From IMG/VR virus record IMGVR_UViG_3300031227_011830: a stretch of 64,000 nt of DNA; one strand, 5' to 3'. How positions within the stretch are numbered: position 1 is the stretch's first letter; every line of letters starts with the position of its first letter. The notes under the pieces are model-generated. The model made no database searches. It was not told the origin of the DNA and saw only the letters and a program-made list of their open reading frames with translations. The translations under genes were made by a program, and so were the position numbers. Source of the DNA: an uncultured virus (IMG/VR IMGVR_UViG_3300031227_011830) (taxonomy: Duplodnaviria > Heunggongvirae > Uroviricota > Caudoviricetes). Of this stretch, positions 18,900-28,274 are shown one piece after another.

Positions 18900-20287
18900 A
18901 GCTCTAAATCCCTTCTCAATTGTTTTGCAACTTCGACACTACGTACAGGAATCCGTACACGCTTTAAACATTCTGGACCTATCGGCTGTAAACTGAGAGG
19001 ACAAATCGTAATAGAAGTCATTGCTAACGTAAACTCAGACTGAGCTACCTCCATGTCTAAATCACAACCCGTAATCTGACCCGCAAGTGTTTCAATGGCT
19101 GCTGATTCCACATCACTCCTATGTGTCAAATCGCTATAAGAAGTTGCCTTTTCAACGTTTTCTTGGAATAAATTGAGACAAACCTCTACCGCGCTTGTAT
19201 CTGGTATCACGTCAATTTGACCTTTGAGTGACCCAATAGCTGCTAATTCCACATCACTCCTATGTGTCAAATCGCTATAAGATGCTGCCTTTTCAACGTT
19301 TTCTTGGAATAAACTAAGACAAACCTCTGCCGTGCTAGTATCTGGTAACTCGTCAATTTTGCTCTGAATGCGGAATAAATTGCATGTTTTGCTTTCAAAC
19401 GCCACTAATAATTCACTTGCTGTTTTGGATAGACCCTGTAATTCAACTGCACTATTGACAAAACTTTCTGCTTCAACTAAATCTGGAATCTCTGCTAATT
19501 GGCCATCGATGCCGTTCAACTTGTCTTTTTCTGTCTCATGTGAATTGAAAAATCCAGACATAGACTCTATTGTATCATTGGCTGTTTTGGCCTCATCATA
19601 CAATTCCTGAATGCTCGCAAGCAATGCCTGCTCAGTATCAAGCTTGGCTTGGTCATACATCTTAGAACTTGTAGATTTTGCAAATTCTTCCTGTTCTTTG
19701 ACTTCTCTTGCATTTCTTCTGTTGTCTAGACTTACGTCACGTATGAGAACTTCAATGCCGGATAATCCCGAAATCTCATCAATGATTTGGGCTCTTACAG
19801 AACCAGAAGCATTCTTGCCGCCTAACTCCGACATCATGAAGTGCCTCTCAAGCTGGTCCATGATGTTGACCTGCATTTGGCTATCACCCAACTTGATGAT
19901 GTTCATGCCTAATATCTCGGCAGCCTGCGGTAAAATAGCTTTGCCTATACTTGAGAAAGATTCTGTCTTGCTATCCTTGGGAGTAATCTCCCAAAGATTG
20001 TCCTTGCCACGAGTAACCCTAACGGTGCCGCGTTGCGTAGTAACCTCTACTACACAATTCTTACACCCTATACGCAAAGATTTAGGGTCCCACTCATTGT
20101 AGACAACAAGACGTAAAGCTCTTATAATCGCCGTCTTGCCCGAATTTGACATGCCACGTATCAGACTGAAACCACCTGATAAGTCATCTATAACAGTATG
20201 AACGTGATTCTCAAAATCCCGAATCTCAATGCGTTCTATGATGGCTTTCTCCCTTGTATGCAAAAACCCCACAGTCCTATTATACAC
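18896..20287 (-). CDS. SbcC/Rad50-like ATPase, N-terminal half only
   Basis: IERIEIRDFENH, Walker A GMSNSGKT, Q-loop-like MDQ, coiled coil, terminal CPLS; no signature motif or Walker B; internal 47-aa duplication. Confidence 0.8.
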   Translation of the reverse strand: MYNRTVGFLHTREKAIIERIEIRDFENHVHTVIDDLSGGFSLIRGMSNSGKTAIIRALRLVVYNEWDPKSLRIGCKNCVVEVTTQRGTVRVTRGKDNLWEITPKDSKTESFSSIGKAILPQAAEILGMNIIKLGDSQMQVNIMDQLERHFMMSELGGKNASGSVRAQIIDEISGLSGIEVLIRDVSLDNRRNAREVKEQEEFAKSTSSKMYDQAKLDTEQALLASIQELYDEAKTANDTIESMSGFFNSHETEKDKLNGIDGQLAEIPDLVEAESFVNSAVELQGLSKTASELLVAFESKTCNLFRIQSKIDELPDTSTAEVCLSLFQENVEKAASYSDLTHRSDVELAAIGSLKGQIDVIPDTSAVEVCLNLFQENVEKATSYSDLTHRSDVESAAIETLAGQITGCDLDMEVAQSEFTLAMTSITICPLSLQPIGPECLKRVRIPVRSVEVAKQLRRDLEL

Positions 20288-20401
20288 AAGAACTGCGAGG
20301 TTTTTTGTCAGCTATCAAAAAATCATTGCCCAGAAATGAACTTCTGGTTATTCAACGGGCTGGTTTATATAACTTATAAAAAGCTATAATGGATGCCTTC
20401 G

Positions 20402-20647
20402 TCACCCATTATTCGTTTTATATATATTTCCTGCTTCACTGACGACAGTTTCACCAAGGCGAACCTTAGCCAGAGCTTTCGTCTCCACAGGCTTAACATC
20501 CGGGCAACCCGCCCGTAATATGTTGATTGCAGCATTGAGGTCTCTATTGAGACTCAGGCCACACTCGCATTCATAGACTCTGAGGTGCAGGGGCATATCT
20601 TTTACTTTCCCACAAAAAGTCAAATAGGTTTTTATAAGTTTACACAA
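20402..20647 (-). pseudogene. tnpB: TnpB C-terminal remnant
   Basis: YECECGLSLNRDLNAAINIL followed by the typical ...KPVE...EAG tail; the rest of the gene is missing. Confidence 0.75.
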
Positions 20648-20659
20648 GTTTATTGGAAG

Positions 20660-20956
20660 CTACTCAACAGGCTCCATTGTAGCTACCAAACTATAAGATA
20701 GCATGCGATTGCAGTGAGTCTCAGCATACTCAAAAGGCTCCGTAATGCAAAGAGCTACGCCAGATTTGTGAGCCTCAAGCATGATTTCCTTCGCTTTTGA
20801 ATCAGAAAAAGCAAAAACATCACACAGACAAAACACTACATGGAACATGGTATTCTTGTCATCGTTGTGCAAAAATACGTGATAAAACGGTGCAAACTCC
20901 GTCTGCTCATCCGTTTCTTCTTCCAATAATGCGTCAGACTGATTGCCTTCTTCCAT
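20660..20956 (-). CDS. clpS: ClpS N-degron adaptor
   Basis: YHVFLHNDDKNTMFHVV...IMLEAHKSGVA. Confidence 0.9.
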   Translation of the reverse strand: MEEGNQSDALLEEETDEQTEFAPFYHVFLHNDDKNTMFHVVFCLCDVFAFSDSKAKEIMLEAHKSGVALCITEPFEYAETHCNRMLSYSLVATMEPVE

Positions 20957-21366
20957 CTTATTTCTCCTTAGCTTTCTTCTTGAGACACTTTTTCACTTTC
21001 GGGCATGAATCTTGTAGCGACGAATTGCAGTGGACTCGTCAGTATTAAGACATAAACCCAAATAAAACGGTTCTTCCGGCTGTCTTCCGTTGAGACGGGG
21101 GGTAGGCGCCCCAGGTCAGAGTCATACGCCTAAAGATGTGCCTCGGTCCCGTCATAGGCTGCCCTCCTGTGTTACGGTCTCGATGCGCGTCGGTCATGTT
21201 TGGGTCTCCTGTGTGACGGGGTCCGGCTCCTCTCCGCCCAGGTATGCCATCAGCCTGTCGCGCTACTATCCGCGCTCGGCGGCGGCCAATGCGACAGCGG
21301 TTTCTGTCGTATCCGTATTATCTCTCCCTTGTTTCGTTTCGGTGTTTAGGCACATCACCGCCCGTG

Positions 21367-21702
21367 CTATTGCTGTCTACGTTTAGCGGCAGCAGCGGCA
21401 GCAGCGGCAGCATGAGCAACCTGTGCATCGATAACAGCTTGTGCGGCATCGACGGCGACCTGTGCGGCACTAGCGGCGGCGGCAGTGCAATCAGCGGTCC
21501 GTGCGGCATCTTCAAAAGCGGCGGCAGCGGCGGACCATACATCGGTATCATCGACCTGTGCGGCGGTATTGGCGGCCCGTGTGGCGTTCAGTGCGGCGGC
21601 AGTTTCGTTTGACATGTCGTTATCTCCTGTTCCGTTTAAGTACTCAAACCTCACGTTAAACTTCTCGGCAACCTCAAGGGCGTGTGTTCTCAACGCTTGC
21701 AT
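21367..21702 (-). CDS. Ala-rich protein in a GC-rich patch
   Basis: AGGAGG RBS and a GGTGATATAA motif upstream; internal AGGAG+ATG (MSNETAAA). Confidence 0.45.
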   Translation of the reverse strand: MQALRTHALEVAEKFNVRFEYLNGTGDNDMSNETAAALNATRAANTAAQVDDTDVWSAAAAAFEDAARTADCTAAAASAAQVAVDAAQAVIDAQVAHAAAAAAAAAKRRQQ

Positions 21703-21737
21703 ATCTACCTCCTAATGCCAAGCCAAATCACACACCC

Positions 21738-21747
21738 TTATATCACC
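21738..21747 (-). promoter_or_regulatory. Recurrent GGTGATATAA promoter element (also at 22771, 24731, 29249, 36868, 38661)
   Basis: ttatatcacc (two copies slightly variant) at six intergenic positions, each upstream of a minus-strand start; resembles an extended -10 (TGn-TATAA). Confidence 0.6.
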
Positions 21748-21847
21748 GTAACTCCAAAAAGTTTCAGTCATTAGCTTCCCAATACAAATCAAACTCAAGA
21801 CATGTCCGACCATCCCTCACAACAACCTTGACATCCCCATCTTCCTG

Positions 21848-22309
21848 TCATCCCTTAACTACAAAGTCGAAATCAAATGACCAACGCTCATCCCCTATCG
21901 ACTTGACACACTGGATGCTGTCCATACAAAAAAGACATTCGCGAATAATTGTGCAGCCATCTTCGCCCTCAAAGTCAATATCCGTGACATCAACTCTGAC
22001 AGTCACAGACTCGCTATCCGTTATCTCGACACAAGTTCCAAGCGATTGATAGCCCCTAATGCTGCCATACTCATAATCGAACCCATCCTCATTCGCCGAA
22101 AACTCGAACGGCAGGTCATTCATCACAAAACACATCGCTTCGTATAGACCATCCACAATCTCATACGAAGAGCCATCCCACGTAACATTGAGAAGATGCG
22201 ATGCTCGGTCTATCATATAACTGCTATAACGGGTGTAACAAGGAGCCTTTTTGTAGGTCGTTGTGAGAGTCGCACGACCGGAACTGATGTCTATCACTTG
22301 CGCTTCCAT
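21848..22309 (-). CDS. Hypothetical protein
   Basis: Probable start MEAQVIDISSG, right after the upstream stop at 22314. Confidence 0.55.
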   Translation of the reverse strand: MEAQVIDISSGRATLTTTYKKAPCYTRYSSYMIDRASHLLNVTWDGSSYEIVDGLYEAMCFVMNDLPFEFSANEDGFDYEYGSIRGYQSLGTCVEITDSESVTVRVDVTDIDFEGEDGCTIIRECLFCMDSIQCVKSIGDERWSFDFDFVVKG

Positions 22310-22313
22310 TGAC

Positions 22314-22751
22314 TTACTTCTTTTCTCTTGTGAACATTTCTCCGATTTCATTGTCAACGATACGGGCAATCTCTTCCTTTGAGATTTCGCCACCATTGCA
22401 CAGTTCGTAAATGCGCCCGCGAACTTCATCAATAATTGTCCATTGAACCTTGACCATCATGTAGGCAATTTTCCACTGAGGAATCGCCTTGCTAATCCCG
22501 CACTCGCCATCTATCCACTCTGTCAGATTGGCGTAGTAGGGACTTTTTTCAGTGCCGGCCACAATAAAAGCATCCACAGTCTCGACAAGTTCTTGCAGAA
22601 CATGCGCGCTAGCGGCAACTTCGTATTTGCAGTAATAGTCTATCAAAGAACAGATTTCGTCCATGTCAAGTGCGGCTACGCGACACACTATTTGACTATC
22701 GTTTATGACAATCTTGACGCCACCCTCAAACCGAACAACTTGCTTGACCAT
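22314..22751 (-). CDS. Hypothetical protein
   Basis: AAGGAG RBS and promoter motif upstream. Confidence 0.6.
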   Translation of the reverse strand: MVKQVVRFEGGVKIVINDSQIVCRVAALDMDEICSLIDYYCKYEVAASAHVLQELVETVDAFIVAGTEKSPYYANLTEWIDGECGISKAIPQWKIAYMMVKVQWTIIDEVRGRIYELCNGGEISKEEIARIVDNEIGEMFTREKK

Positions 22752-22802
22752 ATCAAACTCCTTTCACTATTAATATCACCATCGCACAAAAAAATTCTCA
22801 AG

Positions 22803-22833
22803 AAAAAAGAGGCTTTTTTGAGAAAAGCCCCTC
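22803..22833 (-). terminator. Probable rho-independent terminator
   Basis: GAGGGGCTTTT...AAAAGCCTC followed by a T-run, downstream of the nucleotidyltransferase C-half. Confidence 0.55.
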
Positions 22834-22856
22834 ATTCCTTCCAAATCCAGTTGTTC

Positions 22857-23480
22857 TTACGACCTGTGCCGGTCAAGTACAGATTCAATGTCACGAATGA
22901 CAGAAGCCACAGAAGCATCCGTGCTACGCTGCACTTCTGCCAAACTGCCAAAGTGCTCCTCAAGACAATCAATGAGAAGCCCTTTAATCTTCTCGACATC
23001 TGGCCTGTTAGGAATGCAAGTGCAACTATGATACAGTGCCTCAAGCTGCTTCTCACGGTCTTGAAACATCTGCTCAATCTGCTCAAGCGTGTAATTGCCC
23101 TCACGAATGTACTTTAGCTGTTCCTTGTCCCGCATAAGATCAATGTCACCATAAGTCATGATCTGCTCGACTTCGTCAAGCAAGCGGAAAATGTGCATCG
23201 CGAATTTGAGGTCATAATGGTATTCCTCAACCATGTCTTTCCGACTGCCTACGCGAGTTTGAGAACGAGCCTTCTTCAGTTGGCTAAAAGCGTAGCCCTT
23301 GAACTTGAACCACGAACCTTTATGCAAAAAAGAACGCCTGTTCAAACGCACCATCTCGCCTACTTTTGTGCATAGAACAGCACAATTCTGAGACGTAAAC
23401 AAACTGTCAATATAGTAAAGCTGTCCTTTTCTTTCTAATTCCGGCCAAACTCCTTTTCCAACCATAATTTCTACAATCAC
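22857..23480 (-). CDS. Predicted nucleotidyltransferase (Pol-beta superfamily, phage Nuc-transf/RlaP-like), C-terminal half
   Basis: IDSLF...FKGYAFSQLKK...YDLKFAMHIFRLL...LKYIREG; family homology begins at about 23414. Confidence 0.8.
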   Translation of the reverse strand: MIVEIMVGKGVWPELERKGQLYYIDSLFTSQNCAVLCTKVGEMVRLNRRSFLHKGSWFKFKGYAFSQLKKARSQTRVGSRKDMVEEYHYDLKFAMHIFRLLDEVEQIMTYGDIDLMRDKEQLKYIREGNYTLEQIEQMFQDREKQLEALYHSCTCIPNRPDVEKIKGLLIDCLEEHFGSLAEVQRSTDASVASVIRDIESVLDRHRS

Positions 23481-24345
23481 TATTTATCATACAAACACAT
23501 TGTTTATCAGAACAATCACTTTTGAGCAATTCAATTTCCCATTGCAAATAATTTGGTCCTTTTTTGAAAACAGTATTTCGCATCAAATCATATTTGAGCC
23601 ATTTTCTTTTCAAAGGCTGCACTTGCCCGTTCACCGAATCATATAACATATCTAAGAATACTTTAGCAGAAATCCCACAAAACGATATTTGATAAAACAG
23701 CCCATTACGAATTTTTCTTTCATTCTGCGAAAATACTAATCCCTTTTTATCAACATAGCCACATAACCAAACAAACAAATCTTTACTTGCCGTGCCAATA
23801 CTAGCTTTCCATGAATTCACGGTCTTATTTATTGACAATGAACCATCACCATCAAATAGCCCCATTAAAAATGACGGCACTAAATCTACAGAAATCATTG
23901 GTGGTTTCACACAGGAAGACTTTCTTGGTATACAACCAAGTTGAACAAGCCTATCAAATAACTTTTTACTACATATTGACATTTGACATGATTTCGTACT
24001 ACCTGAATAATTGAAAAAAGAACGCACAAGATAAATCAATTCTTCATCTTTTGAAACAAAAGAAAAGATGTGTTTATTATTAGAATGACAAACACATCCA
24101 TCAGCATAAAACAAACCCAAAAAATACGATTCTCTAATCCCAATACCATCAAAAACGGAATCATCACTTTTTCTCAAACTATCAGATATTTGCTTTCTTT
24201 TGAGAATTATACCTTCACGTTTAGTTCTAACACATCCTTTTGCTTTCAAAGCTTTATATACAAAACAGCAAGTCAATCCTAATTCCGAAGCAACGTCATT
24301 TATCGATTTTCCTTCATTATACAAAAGTAATACTTTCTTATGCAT
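23407..24345 (-). CDS. Two-motif LAGLIDADG homing endonuclease with N-terminal HTH
   Basis: YFLGLFYADGC and FLMGLFDGDGS; AAGGAG RBS. Confidence 0.9.
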   Translation of the reverse strand: MHKKVLLLYNEGKSINDVASELGLTCCFVYKALKAKGCVRTKREGIILKRKQISDSLRKSDDSVFDGIGIRESYFLGLFYADGCVCHSNNKHIFSFVSKDEELIYLVRSFFNYSGSTKSCQMSICSKKLFDRLVQLGCIPRKSSCVKPPMISVDLVPSFLMGLFDGDGSLSINKTVNSWKASIGTASKDLFVWLCGYVDKKGLVFSQNERKIRNGLFYQISFCGISAKVFLDMLYDSVNGQVQPLKRKWLKYDLMRNTVFKKGPNYLQWEIELLKSDCSDKQCVCMINSDCRNYGWKRSLAGIRKKRTALLY

Positions 24346-24357
24346 TTCTCAAACTCC

Positions 24358-24696
24358 TTAGTTCGGATTGTTTTCCATACACAACTTGAAATACTTGACG
24401 ATGCTGTAAATCTGAACGTCAAGACCTTTGCCATCCTCAGTTTCGATATGTGCTTTCGAGTATTGGCCGAATTCAGGCACGTCCTTACTGAAGCCGTAAA
24501 CAAAGCCATGATGGAATGGAAACAGAACATTACGCGGTGGTATGGTAAAGCCGCATAGGTCATAGTCTGATTGATCGTTGTTCGTACCATAGGAATGACT
24601 GCCCGTGATAGTCAGATATTGGGTATTCTCAATTACCCACATCTGAGACCTATTGCTTAGCTCAATTGCACTTTTTACAGATTCAATAAGTTTCAT
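24358..24696 (-). CDS. Predicted nucleotidyltransferase, N-terminal catalytic half
   Basis: GSHSYGTNNDQSDYDLCG motif; ends KYFKLCMENNPN*; AGGAG RBS before ATG 24696. Confidence 0.85.
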   Translation of the reverse strand: MKLIESVKSAIELSNRSQMWVIENTQYLTITGSHSYGTNNDQSDYDLCGFTIPPRNVLFPFHHGFVYGFSKDVPEFGQYSKAHIETEDGKGLDVQIYSIVKYFKLCMENNPN

Positions 24697-24785
24697 CGTA
24701 TGTCTCCTATCAAACAACCACGAACATTGTTTATATCACCACCAGAGCCTTTTTTTCCCACTTTTCAGGAACGAACGGACCCGCC

Positions 24786-25151
24786 TTAGTGCGGTGCCTT
24801 CCAAAGTCGGTTGCAAATGGTCAGAAGCCTGTCTGTATCAATCCCTTTGCCCTTTGCCTTCTCTAACTCCGCCTTGGCCGCTGCGTGAGTGCGGAAGCGA
24901 CGCCCGTTCAAGGCAAACTTACAACTGCGCTGCGGCTTCCGCGCGGACGGTGGCAAGACCTCAATGACTGTCCAATATCCAACCTCGTCGTTTAGGATTT
25001 GTTCCTCAACGAGATCGTCCCCGGCGGCCCAATGGTGAGCCGTCGTACTGTCACGACCAAAGTGACGGTTTACAATACGAAACTGACGAGCTACGGGCGT
25101 CGTTGTCATTTTTATTCTCCCTATAGAGGATTGTGCCCCCACACTATACAC
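24786..25151 (-). CDS. Chimeric hypothetical protein whose C-terminus duplicates the end of the 26754-28271 ORF
   Basis: AKAELEKAKGKGIDTDRLLTICNRL is shared; probable start MTTTPVAR. Confidence 0.5.
   Translation of the reverse strand: MYSVGAQSSIGRIKMTTTPVARQFRIVNRHFGRDSTTAHHWAAGDDLVEEQILNDEVGYWTVIEVLPPSARKPQRSCKFALNGRRFRTHAAAKAELEKAKGKGIDTDRLLTICNRLWKAPH
24804..24881. repeat. 78-bp direct repeat, partner at 26772-26849
   Basis: Four mismatches by manual alignment. Confidence 0.85.
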
Positions 25152-25348
25152 GAAGTAAATACCACACGTAAATCCCTCAATTCAACCCAACAAATCCTAC
25201 ACAGTTTATCTCCCCACAAAATGTCGTCCACATAAGTATTAAAGTTTCCAATGCAAAGAAAAGAGGCTCTTCTATAGCTACACCACACGCCGGTTCCAAG
25301 GATGTGATTTCGCTATTCTACTGCACGCCTTCTTTAGCCTCAATTGCA

Positions 25349-25954
25349 TTAGTCAATAAGGATACCGTCTTCGAGACTCGTTGACATTAACGTTCCCCAG
25401 CTAACTAGAACACCTTGAAAAGTTACACGGTCACCTTCGTTCAAAATCATAGCTTTAGTTCTTTCTGTTTCCTTAAGTGTAATACTCAAATCAAATGTAA
25501 ACGTGTTTCTATTCATTTTGATGTAAAGCTTCAACTCACTCAAAAAGTTTTCCGAAATATCAACCACCGTACCTTGCCACTGAACCTTCTTACCTTTGTA
25601 GTTTTTCCATATCTCGTCTTTTTGTAGGTCTGTTTTCTTGCTTTTTAATCCATATATCTGATTTACGTTAGCCCATGTAATTTTGCTCAATGGAACAGAA
25701 CGGGATGGCCGCATAGTACGAACAGAGCTTCTCGGTTTCTTGTGCTGCGTTTCTTGGCGCTGTTCTATAGCGTCGGTTCCCATGTTGACAAAACATGCTA
25801 CAACAATCGGACCAATAATCACAAAACTGAGACATCCCAAAAGCGTCGGCAGAAAACGAGACTTAGGCGCGCCAAAAGGCAGCCCGCAAAATCTACATTC
25901 ATTGACTTTATTGCTATTTCTTCGCCCACATTCTGGACATCTGATAAGTGCCAT
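25349..25954 (-). CDS. Zn-ribbon + single-TM + OB-fold-like membrane protein
   Basis: MALIRCPECG...ECRFCG; hydrophobic helix; YKGKKVQWQGTVVDI...GDRVTFQG. Confidence 0.7.
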   Translation of the reverse strand: MALIRCPECGRRNSNKVNECRFCGLPFGAPKSRFLPTLLGCLSFVIIGPIVVACFVNMGTDAIEQRQETQHKKPRSSVRTMRPSRSVPLSKITWANVNQIYGLKSKKTDLQKDEIWKNYKGKKVQWQGTVVDISENFLSELKLYIKMNRNTFTFDLSITLKETERTKAMILNEGDRVTFQGVLVSWGTLMSTSLEDGILID

Positions 25955-25968
25955 TGTTCACTTTCCTT

Positions 25969-26670
25969 TCAAGTTAGGTCGTCATCTCGGACTACCTTGG
26001 TCAGTGCTGAAGCAAGTAGGCCGGAGGGCACGGCAACTAAGCCGATACCCGTGACCATGACCACCGAAGCGAAAATCTTGCCGCCGGTCGTGGCGGGGTA
26101 GAGATCGCCATAGCCGACGGTGGTCAGCGTGACGATGGACCACCAGAGACAGTGGAAAATCGACCGGAAATGCTCGGGCTGGGCTTCGTGCTCGCAGTAG
26201 TAGATACCGACGGATGACAGGTACACGGCGAATACGACGGCAATGAGAAAGAGGATGAGTTCTTCCCTGATGCTGGCCAGAGCAGCGCGGAAGCGACGGA
26301 TTGCCGTGCCATAGCGGGCGAACTTGAATATGCGAAACAGCCGAAACAACCGCACAGCTCTGATGGAACGCAGATCAATGCCGAGGCCGATGTAAAACGG
26401 GAGGATGGCGAACAGGTCGATGATGCCATAGAAGCTGAAAATGAAGCGGCGGTCAGGGGCGATAACAATCCGCAGAAGATACTCGGCGGTAAACGCCAGG
26501 ACTGTCAGGACCTCGATGTACCAGAGCACAGCGACAACTCGCGGGGACAAGCCGGGCAGCGTTTCGGTCGCGAAGGAGACGAGAGACACGATGATAAGGC
26601 CATTAACGGCCAAATAGAAGACCTTACCGGCGCGCGTGTCGGTATCCTCAATCAGCCACTTGATCTGCAT
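25969..26670 (-). CDS. 6-TM voltage-gated potassium channel (Ion_trans family)
   Basis: S4 segment LRSIRAVRLFRLFRIFK; pore WWSIVTLTTVGYGD; visibly more GC-rich than the flanks. Confidence 0.92.
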   Translation of the reverse strand: MQIKWLIEDTDTRAGKVFYLAVNGLIIVSLVSFATETLPGLSPRVVAVLWYIEVLTVLAFTAEYLLRIVIAPDRRFIFSFYGIIDLFAILPFYIGLGIDLRSIRAVRLFRLFRIFKFARYGTAIRRFRAALASIREELILFLIAVVFAVYLSSVGIYYCEHEAQPEHFRSIFHCLWWSIVTLTTVGYGDLYPATTGGKIFASVVMVTGIGLVAVPSGLLASALTKVVRDDDLT

Positions 26671-26753
26671 ATCCTGCTCCTATTAAAAGAGAACACCGAT
26701 GCTGCCCGCGTTCTTACAACTGCGGCCATCGCGCTGCTACATTCAACCCCCTC

Positions 26754-28271
26754 CTACTTGTCAAAATTACCAAGTCGGTTACAAATGGTCAGAAGCCTGT
26801 CTGTATCAATCCCTTTGCCCTTTGCCTTCTTTAACTCCACCCTGGCCGCGTTAATATCTCGTTTCCTGTTGTACATGTGGAAAAGAGCAAGCATCACGTT
26901 CGTATCGCTGGCACTTCGATCCAGCACTTTCGCTGCAAGTTTTATGATCTCAGCAGCCGCCAGGTCGCGAAGTGACTTGCTTATCTGAGAACCACACATG
27001 CTCACAACGATGTTACCCTTCTCATACTTAACGAACTTGCCCCTCATCCCGTTTACTGAAAACATCTCACCACACTTAAGCTTCTTGGCTCCCTGTCTAA
27101 CCGCGCTCCAAAATACACCTAAACATCGGATGTCAGCTTTATCCTCTGCGAGCCTACCTGCCACAAACTTGTTGCCATTATCCAATAAAGCCCTTGCGAC
27201 AACACCCCACGCCTTCCTGTAATAACGGGATGCCAGCAAGGGTAAAAACTGCCTCTGCAAACATCGGTACGCCTCCGTCGCCGCGTACTCCTTTTTCCAG
27301 TCCACCTCGTCTGTGGCTTCCTTTTTCCAGTCCACATCGTTTGTGGCTTCCTTTGCCTGCTTCAGTAATTGTCGGTACTCCTTTTTCCTGCCCACATCAT
27401 CTGTGGCTTTCTTTGCCTGCTTCGCGATGATAGGCAAACCAAAGGCAGCAGCTTTCTGATACGCCTGATTTGCACCCTGATAATCCCCCTCCACAATCAG
27501 CTTATCAGCCTGCTCCTTAATTTGATCGAACGCCTTTTTAGCAGCCTCTGCGTACTCGTCCTTCAGCCAATAAGCCTTGAGGTGCCATCTCGCGTTGCGC
27601 AGTCTGATAGGAAATGAATCAACAACCCGCATTGCATCGCCATACTTGTTGTCTTTTATTAAATCGGCTGCTTTGTCCCTCAACTTAGCAAGTTCTATCT
27701 CAGCCGCCTCATCCCACCTTATTTCAATTTCCTTAATTGCATTCCGCGCCTTAGACGCCTGACTTGTTCTGAAGTGCTTCGTGATGATGATCTGATAGCG
27801 TTTTACTTGCCCCTTGTAATCCTCTACGTTCACCCTACGGTAATTATCTGCGTATTCAAGTAACCGCGCTGCATTACCCGCCGCGATTGTCGTTACTGTT
27901 TGTCTGTTCGGTGTAGACGTGACTGTATCAGAGACTGTGGTAGTTGTCTCAAATTGTCTAACCCCTCTCTTCTGAGCAAATTCAGTACTTCCTAAAGTAC
28001 TTAAAGATATGCCCGCACCCACCAACCCACAAATCACCATCAACAATGAAAGTTTACTGCCCCTCCCTCCTGCCTTTGTTACTTCCCATATCGTCACCAA
28101 CAATTCCACTGTACCGAGACACCCCATGATACAGTCGGCTTTCCCAGTGCCCCATTTGTTGAAAAAATCGATAACGCCACTAGCCAAAATAGGAAGACCA
28201 AGAAAAAGTACTGATAAAACAACACGTGGGTCCGCCGCCTCAAATTTTTCACGAAAAAATTGGTTTCCCAT
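26754..28271 (-). CDS. Membrane-anchored helical (TPR-like) hypothetical protein
   Basis: Two to three N-terminal hydrophobic segments followed by a long Ala/Lys-rich helical region with short ATD(D/E)V..KK repeats. Confidence 0.6.
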   Translation of the reverse strand: MGNQFFREKFEAADPRVVLSVLFLGLPILASGVIDFFNKWGTGKADCIMGCLGTVELLVTIWEVTKAGGRGSKLSLLMVICGLVGAGISLSTLGSTEFAQKRGVRQFETTTTVSDTVTSTPNRQTVTTIAAGNAARLLEYADNYRRVNVEDYKGQVKRYQIIITKHFRTSQASKARNAIKEIEIRWDEAAEIELAKLRDKAADLIKDNKYGDAMRVVDSFPIRLRNARWHLKAYWLKDEYAEAAKKAFDQIKEQADKLIVEGDYQGANQAYQKAAAFGLPIIAKQAKKATDDVGRKKEYRQLLKQAKEATNDVDWKKEATDEVDWKKEYAATEAYRCLQRQFLPLLASRYYRKAWGVVARALLDNGNKFVAGRLAEDKADIRCLGVFWSAVRQGAKKLKCGEMFSVNGMRGKFVKYEKGNIVVSMCGSQISKSLRDLAAAEIIKLAAKVLDRSASDTNVMLALFHMYNRKRDINAARVELKKAKGKGIDTDRLLTICNRLGNFDK

Positions 28272-28274
28272 TCA

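Noticed and set aside
20402..20647. Cas12f/type V CRISPR locus
   Set aside because: Only a C-terminal fragment is present, with no adjacent repeat-spacer array.
22443..23117. Long plus-strand ORFs (also 33455-34216 and 37246-37842)
   Set aside because: They lie antisense to well-supported minus-strand genes and have no motifs of their own.
23415..24360. Canonical group I intron or intein
   Set aside because: The insert is almost entirely coding, there is no terminal G at the junction that restores the expected register, a stop follows exon 1, and no intein blocks are present.
24804..26849. 78-bp repeat pair as a DGR template/variable repeat
   Set aside because: The four mismatches are not adenine-specific in one copy on either strand, and no reverse transcriptase is present in the window.
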